Below are positions 59,324 through 64,000 of a stretch of DNA of 64,000 nt, piece by piece. A model generated the notes under the pieces. The model was not told the origin of the DNA, did no database searches, and was given only the letters and a program-made list of their open reading frames with translations. Position 1 is the first letter of the stretch; the number at the start of each line of letters is the position of its first letter. The DNA comes from Clostridia bacterium (GTDB lineage: Bacteria > Bacillota > Clostridia > Oscillospirales > CAG-382), in NCBI GenBank assembly GCA_017399965.1, contig JAFQAP010000026.1, positions 22,530 through 86,529 on the forward strand. Reading direction: 5' to 3'. The translations under genes were made by a program, and so were the position numbers.

Positions 59324-59335
59324 GGAGTACTTGCT

Positions 59336-60766
59336 ATGGGAGCAATAAGAAAATTCGATACGAAGGTACAGCACTTAAAGTATAAAGTATTGCGTGAGGT
59401 AGCCCGTCAGGCGTGGAGCGATACTTTGCTTGAAAATATTGTGGAGATACCCAAGATAATCTCTCCCGGTCCTAACCCCACAATGCGTTGCTGTATATAT
59501 AAAGAACGTGCTATTCTCGGCGAGCGTATAAAAATAGCTATGGGCGGCGATAAGGATAACCCCAATGTTATCGAAGTTATCGATATCGCCTGCGACGAAT
59601 GTTCTGCCGCAGGATACGAAGTTACCGCTTCTTGCCGCGGCTGTCTTGCTCACCGCTGTGAAGATGTGTGTAAACGCGGTGCAATTTCCTTTGACCACAA
59701 CCACGTTGCTCATATAGATAAATCCAAGTGCGTTGAATGCGGTCAGTGCGCAAAGGTTTGCCCTTATTCCGCAATAATCAACAACAAGCGTCCGTGCCAG
59801 AATGCTTGTAAGGTCAAGGCAATATCCATAAACGATAATAACGCCGCTGCCATTGATAACAACAAGTGTATCCAGTGCGGTGCCTGCGTATATCAGTGTC
59901 CTTTTGGCGCGATATCCGATAAATCCTATATTCTTAGCGTTATCGATCTTATTAAAAAGAGCGAAAATAACGAAAAATATAAGGTTTACGCAGTAGTTGC
60001 ACCTTCCATTTCCAGCCAGTTTACATACGCAAAGCTGGGTCAGGTGATCACCGGTCTTAAGGAATTGGGCTTCTTTACAGTTGTTGAAGCAGCTTTGGGC
60101 GCAGATATGGTAGCACAGGCAGAATCCAAGGAACTGGCAGAAAAAGGCTTCTTAACAAGCTCCTGCTGTCCCGCATTTGTTCAGTATATTAAATCTGCTT
60201 TCCCCGCACTTCTTCCTTTGGTATCCCACAACCTTTCTCCTATGGGTGCTTTGGCACAGTATATCAAAAATACGGACAAGGATGCAAAGGTAGTGTTTAT
60301 CGGTCCCTGCACAGCTAAAAAGGCAGAAGCACAGCTTGATACCGTAAAACCCTATGTAGATGCGGTTATGACCTTTGAAGAACTGCAGGCGCTTTTTGAC
60401 AGCCGTGATTTCGATATCAACACCTTCGAGGAAGACGTGCTTGATAACGCATCATATTTCGGCAGAATATTTGCCCGTTCCGGCGGTCTTTCGGATGCGG
60501 TCGTTCAGGGTCTCAAGGAGCAGAATATCGAATTCGCTCTTAAGCCTATCGTGTGTGACGGTATTGAAGAATGCCGCGTAGCTCTGCTTAAAAAGAGCAA
60601 AAACGTTCTGGACGGCAACTTTATCGAAGGTATGGCTTGCGTAGGCGGCTGTATCGGCGGTGCCGGCTGTCTTACCCACGGCGAAAAGAATAAAGCCGAG
60701 GTAGATAAGTACGGCAGAGAAGCTATGGAAAAGACCATAAGCGACGCGGTTTCCGTTTTGAAATAG
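59336..60766 (+). CDS. Monomeric [FeFe]-hydrogenase (HfsD-like)
   Basis: Several ferredoxin motifs, TSSCCPA, GPCTAKKAE, EGMACVGGCIGG. Confidence 0.9.
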   Translation: MGAIRKFDTKVQHLKYKVLREVARQAWSDTLLENIVEIPKIISPGPNPTMRCCIYKERAILGERIKIAMGGDKDNPNVIEVIDIACDECSAAGYEVTASCRGCLAHRCEDVCKRGAISFDHNHVAHIDKSKCVECGQCAKVCPYSAIINNKRPCQNACKVKAISINDNNAAAIDNNKCIQCGACVYQCPFGAISDKSYILSVIDLIKKSENNEKYKVYAVVAPSISSQFTYAKLGQVITGLKELGFFTVVEAALGADMVAQAESKELAEKGFLTSSCCPAFVQYIKSAFPALLPLVSHNLSPMGALAQYIKNTDKDAKVVFIGPCTAKKAEAQLDTVKPYVDAVMTFEELQALFDSRDFDINTFEEDVLDNASYFGRIFARSGGLSDAVVQGLKEQNIEFALKPIVCDGIEECRVALLKKSKNVLDGNFIEGMACVGGCIGGAGCLTHGEKNKAEVDKYGREAMEKTISDAVSVLK

Positions 60767-60783
60767 TTTAAAATCAATAAAGT

Positions 60784-60821
60784 AATCACCCCAAGAAGCC
60801 GCAAGGCTCCTTGGGGTGATT
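60784..60821. repeat. REP-like palindrome copy 4, between convergent genes
   Basis: AATCACCCCAAGAAGCC-GCAA-GGCTCCTTGGGGTGATT. Confidence 0.8.
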
Positions 60822-61493
60822 TTAATTCAATACAGCATCTAAAGCGGTGTAATTTTTTATTTCCTCGTCCTCCACACTTACCAGAATAAACCATCCCGCC
60901 ATATCTGCGGTAACTGCTTCGGGGTCGTTTTTCTGCTCGACGCAAACACATATGGAGCTATCCTTTACTTTAACCTCTTGTACGCCGTATCTGTATGCAC
61001 TGCTGCTTGCGGGAAGATAGATAACCAACAAAGAGTGCTCGGTGTAAAAGTCTTCACGGTCCCACTGGGCTTTTTTTATCGCCCCTTCAAAGGATAATGC
61101 GCCCGAAAAGCCATATTCCATATTAAAAATGCTTCCGTATTCTGTTTTAAACTGCTCCAGCTCCTCTAAAGTGTCGATCTTTAAAACAGGAAGCTTTTTG
61201 CCCTTTCCGCTTTGTAACGATTCTTTGTTAAGGGCATTTTCGTAAATTGTTTTATCATCGGACCAGCCTGCATATGCCACCGTGTTTGCGTATGGATCAC
61301 CGATATCCTCGGGAGCAAAACCGGCGATAATATCGGGAACAGTAAAAACGGCAACAGCTACAAGGCACAGACAAGCCGCCGCAGTCAGCAGCTTTACCCA
61401 TACGGGGCGGGGGCTTTTTTGGGGGGAATGGGCAAGCCCCACGTAGCTTTCGTTAATATCGCCCATAGCACTGTATAAATCTTCTTTTTTCAT
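60822..61493 (-). CDS. Putative anti-sigma factor (N-terminal TM, PrcB-like extracellular domain)
   Basis: LYSAMGDINESY..., AAACLCLV TM, TADMAGWFILV; overlaps the sigma stop. Confidence 0.65.
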   Translation of the reverse strand: MKKEDLYSAMGDINESYVGLAHSPQKSPRPVWVKLLTAAACLCLVAVAVFTVPDIIAGFAPEDIGDPYANTVAYAGWSDDKTIYENALNKESLQSGKGKKLPVLKIDTLEELEQFKTEYGSIFNMEYGFSGALSFEGAIKKAQWDREDFYTEHSLLVIYLPASSSAYRYGVQEVKVKDSSICVCVEQKNDPEAVTADMAGWFILVSVEDEEIKNYTALDAVLN

Positions 61494-62050
61494 AGTTCGT
61501 ACTCCTTATCAACAAGAAAATCGTGTAATTTGGTTCTGAGCCGGCTAAGCATCATAGATACAGCGGCGCTTGTCATACCGTAACGTGCGGCGATATCGGA
61601 AATGCTGTCCGTATACCAGTAACGGCGCAGGAAAATGTTTCGCTTTTTTGCGGGCAGAGTGCCTAAGAATTCATTAATATCCGAAGCCAGCGTCTTGTGT
61701 TCAAAGGCTTTTTCTACGTCGTCTTTATCTGAAACACAATCTTTAAGCTCGTCAAGAACAGCCGTAAGCTCTCCGCCGCCCCGCTTTTCTGCGGTGTTGC
61801 GCTTGTATTTATTAAAGGCAAGATTGCGAACTATCTTTCCCAAAAAAGAAGACAGCATTTGTGGACGGTTCGGCGGAATGGAATTCCATAAATTAAAATA
61901 GGCATCGTTTACACATTCCTCTGCATCTTCATTATTACCCAAAATATTTTTTGCAATATGCTTGCAGTAATTGCCGTATTTATCCGCAGTTACGGGAATA
62001 GCCTGCTCGTTTCTGTCAAAATACAACTGTACTATTTTTGAATCATCCAT
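61490..62050 (-). CDS. ECF RNA polymerase sigma factor
   Basis: MDDSKIVQLYFDRNE, DAEECVND, IFLRRYWY...IA...LSRLR. Confidence 0.9.
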   Translation of the reverse strand: MDDSKIVQLYFDRNEQAIPVTADKYGNYCKHIAKNILGNNEDAEECVNDAYFNLWNSIPPNRPQMLSSFLGKIVRNLAFNKYKRNTAEKRGGGELTAVLDELKDCVSDKDDVEKAFEHKTLASDINEFLGTLPAKKRNIFLRRYWYTDSISDIAARYGMTSAAVSMMLSRLRTKLHDFLVDKEYEL

Positions 62051-62215
62051 TTTGTTTGCCTCCTTTCAAATTGCGGTTTCACTTATATACACAGCTTTTG
62101 TGAAAAAATATAACGGTTTATTTAAAAATATATTTTTATTATAATAAGAAATCGGCAAAAAGACAAGTAAAACGCAATAATTCGTTTTATATCCTTTTGC
62201 CGATAAGTTTAAATT

Positions 62216-62539
62216 TTATTGTGTCAGCGTATCGGAAATTATCCTTCTTTTTTCCGCTTTTGCTTTTTCGGTGTAGGCGAGGTAGTCATTTTCTGCTTTT
62301 TCAAGTTCCTCTTCCTCGCATTTTCCTCTTGAATATCTCGCCAGTATAAGTACAAGCGACGCTATTTTTTCTTCTCCTTCCAGACGAAGCAGCTCTTGTT
62401 TGTTGCGTTCTGCTTTTCGCCGTTCAGCATCCTCTCTCGCCTTGTTTAATGCCCTTTTTAAAAGGGAACACACAAACACGGATACAAACCCTCCGGCAGA
62501 TAAAAACGCCATCAGAGCCTCTGCAAGGCTTTCAAACAT
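62216..62539 (-). CDS. Hypothetical phage-like membrane protein
   Basis: N-terminal TM plus charged helix, next to the holin; RBS weak. Confidence 0.55.
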   Translation of the reverse strand: MFESLAEALMAFLSAGGFVSVFVCSLLKRALNKAREDAERRKAERNKQELLRLEGEEKIASLVLILARYSRGKCEEEELEKAENDYLAYTEKAKAEKRRIISDTLTQ

Positions 62540-62581
62540 TATCAGATCTCGTAAATCAGATATGCAATAGCATCAAACAGA

Positions 62582-62917
62582 TCAGCCAACCGCTGTGTCA
62601 GAGTCGTTAGCAGGGGTATCAGTCTGTTCACGGTTTTTCTCCTTTAGCTGTCTGTAAAGATTATCGGTATATACGCCTGCTGCGGCGCACAGCACTCCCT
62701 GAGTGATACTGGCGAATATCATAGAAAGCACCTGCTGTGTACCCGTAATGGTGTTTGCGGAAAATATCCACAGTCCTGCAAGCAATATTCCCAAAGCGCC
62801 GAGAATAAAGGGTATCTTCCAATCCTTTATACGGCTGTTTTTGATAACCGCGCCGATAACGTACAGTATGGGGATAAGTACGTAAAGTTCTGCGGATATG
62901 TATTCGGTGTAATCCAT
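62582..62917 (-). CDS. Phage holin (Dp-1-like family)
   Basis: YISAELYVLIPILYVIG..IK...DWKIPFILG...ITQGVLCA; 3 TM; AAGGAG RBS. Confidence 0.8.
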   Translation of the reverse strand: MDYTEYISAELYVLIPILYVIGAVIKNSRIKDWKIPFILGALGILLAGLWIFSANTITGTQQVLSMIFASITQGVLCAAAGVYTDNLYRQLKEKNREQTDTPANDSDTAVG

Positions 62918-62929
62918 AGTGTTCTCCTT

Positions 62930-63964
62930 TTAAGATATGTTTTGTCCGAGCTTAAGTTCGTTGTCTGTGTTTCTTCTGGAGGCAACCGTATCCAGATATT
63001 CTTCGGTCTCTTCGTTGTTAAGCCCAAGCATAAAGCACGCATCATAAAATTGGTCCATAGTTTCGCATCTGGTATATACGTAATCCAGTCTTTCCATATA
63101 TGCACGCTTTTTCGCATACTCGTTACGGTCGTCGTAATCGTAAAATAAAAGCTTTGCCATACTCTTTGCTCTGCTGTATGCCTTGTCGTAATGCAGCTCG
63201 GCTTCGTTTACAATAGTTGCGGTCTTCGCTCCCGCATCGCTCATTCCGGTATAGCCCAAAGCATCGAGAACAAAGATCACCTTGTCCATATATTCATCGG
63301 TGAGATTATATCTTGAAGTCAGCTTTTCAAGATAGTTCTTTACGTTAAGATTATGTTCCGCTTTGCTTATCTTGCCGCCGGAACCGTACCGCTTTACGAT
63401 AGCGGACGCAAGCTGATACGCACTCATATTGGGCGTGAATACTATTCCGTCACTGCCGGTATCCCCGTCTTCGGTGCCCAATGCGTCGCCGCCTACAGTG
63501 ACGTCTCCGTATTTGATCTTGCTTTCCGCCATTTCCTGCGCCAATTTCTGCAGTTCCTTCCTTGCGTTTATGCTGTCCTTGGCGTAATCGGTATCAAGCT
63601 TACCGAAGTATTCGTTTTTGCTTTTGTTAAGCTGAGAAAGCTCCTCGCTGTGCTGTTTTGCCAGGGAAGAGAGTGTGTTGTTAAAATTAATATCCGAATT
63701 AAGCCTTGCCTGCGCGCTTTCTCCGGAAAAGGAAAGACCTCTGGAAGCAAGAAATTCGCCCGTGTTTTTTTCGTTAGTAAGCTTTTGCGCCGCCGCTTGA
63801 TTTTTCTTTTCCTCGTAATCCTTGTTTAAGCTTTCGACAGATTCCTTGTGCTGTTTTTCGTAGTTTGCCTTTGCCTTGTTATAAAGCTGTGTAAGGGCTG
63901 CTGTGGTCCCGTAGCTCTTTTCCAGCTCCTTTTTTGTTTGTTCTACAAGCTCGCTGTATTTCAT
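62930..63964 (-). CDS. Coiled-coil hypothetical protein, possibly phage virion-associated
   Basis: Helical Lys/Glu/Gln-rich N-terminus with LASRGLSFSG; AAGGAGGTG RBS; directly upstream of the holin. Confidence 0.6.
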   Translation of the reverse strand: MKYSELVEQTKKELEKSYGTTAALTQLYNKAKANYEKQHKESVESLNKDYEEKKNQAAAQKLTNEKNTGEFLASRGLSFSGESAQARLNSDINFNNTLSSLAKQHSEELSQLNKSKNEYFGKLDTDYAKDSINARKELQKLAQEMAESKIKYGDVTVGGDALGTEDGDTGSDGIVFTPNMSAYQLASAIVKRYGSGGKISKAEHNLNVKNYLEKLTSRYNLTDEYMDKVIFVLDALGYTGMSDAGAKTATIVNEAELHYDKAYSRAKSMAKLLFYDYDDRNEYAKKRAYMERLDYVYTRCETMDQFYDACFMLGLNNEETEEYLDTVASRRNTDNELKLGQNIS

Positions 63965-64000
63965 CTTTCCACCTCCTTGTTTTTTATCTTAAAGGTAATG

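Overview
64-kb chromosomal window from a Firmicute; gene content and AGGAG RBSs point to an anaerobic Clostridia-like organism (inference). 1-20.7 kb is an all-minus-strand paralog island: 8 copies of a two-domain lipoprotein (family A), 5 copies of a second secreted family (family B, one cut by the window edge), 4 ABC-2-type permeases, one ABC ATPase and two paralogous OmpR/HAMP-kinase two-component systems. Its intergenic regions carry two classes of hexamer-N5-hexamer-N9-(-10) promoters and a candidate ~90-nt sRNA with two C-rich anti-SD loops. 21-29.6 kb is a mosaic of stand-alone genes (FliB-like, FAD/Rieske oxidoreductase, Zn-ribbon GIY-YIG nuclease, GNAT, XRE regulator, lipoprotein, DUF4855-like). 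Then come an oppABCDF-like operon with large insertions, a sugar-acid catabolic cluster, a dual-HTH regulator plus small Cys protein plus 3038-aa vWA/pilin-repeat surface protein, an acyltransferase, a GltS-like symporter, an hfs-like [FeFe]-hydrogenase operon with duplicated hfsA, an ECF sigma/anti-sigma pair and the end of a phage-like module (holin). A REP-like palindrome occurs four times. No rRNA, tRNA, CRISPR array, integrase or intact transposase was seen. Family assignments come from motif recognition by eye, not database searches.
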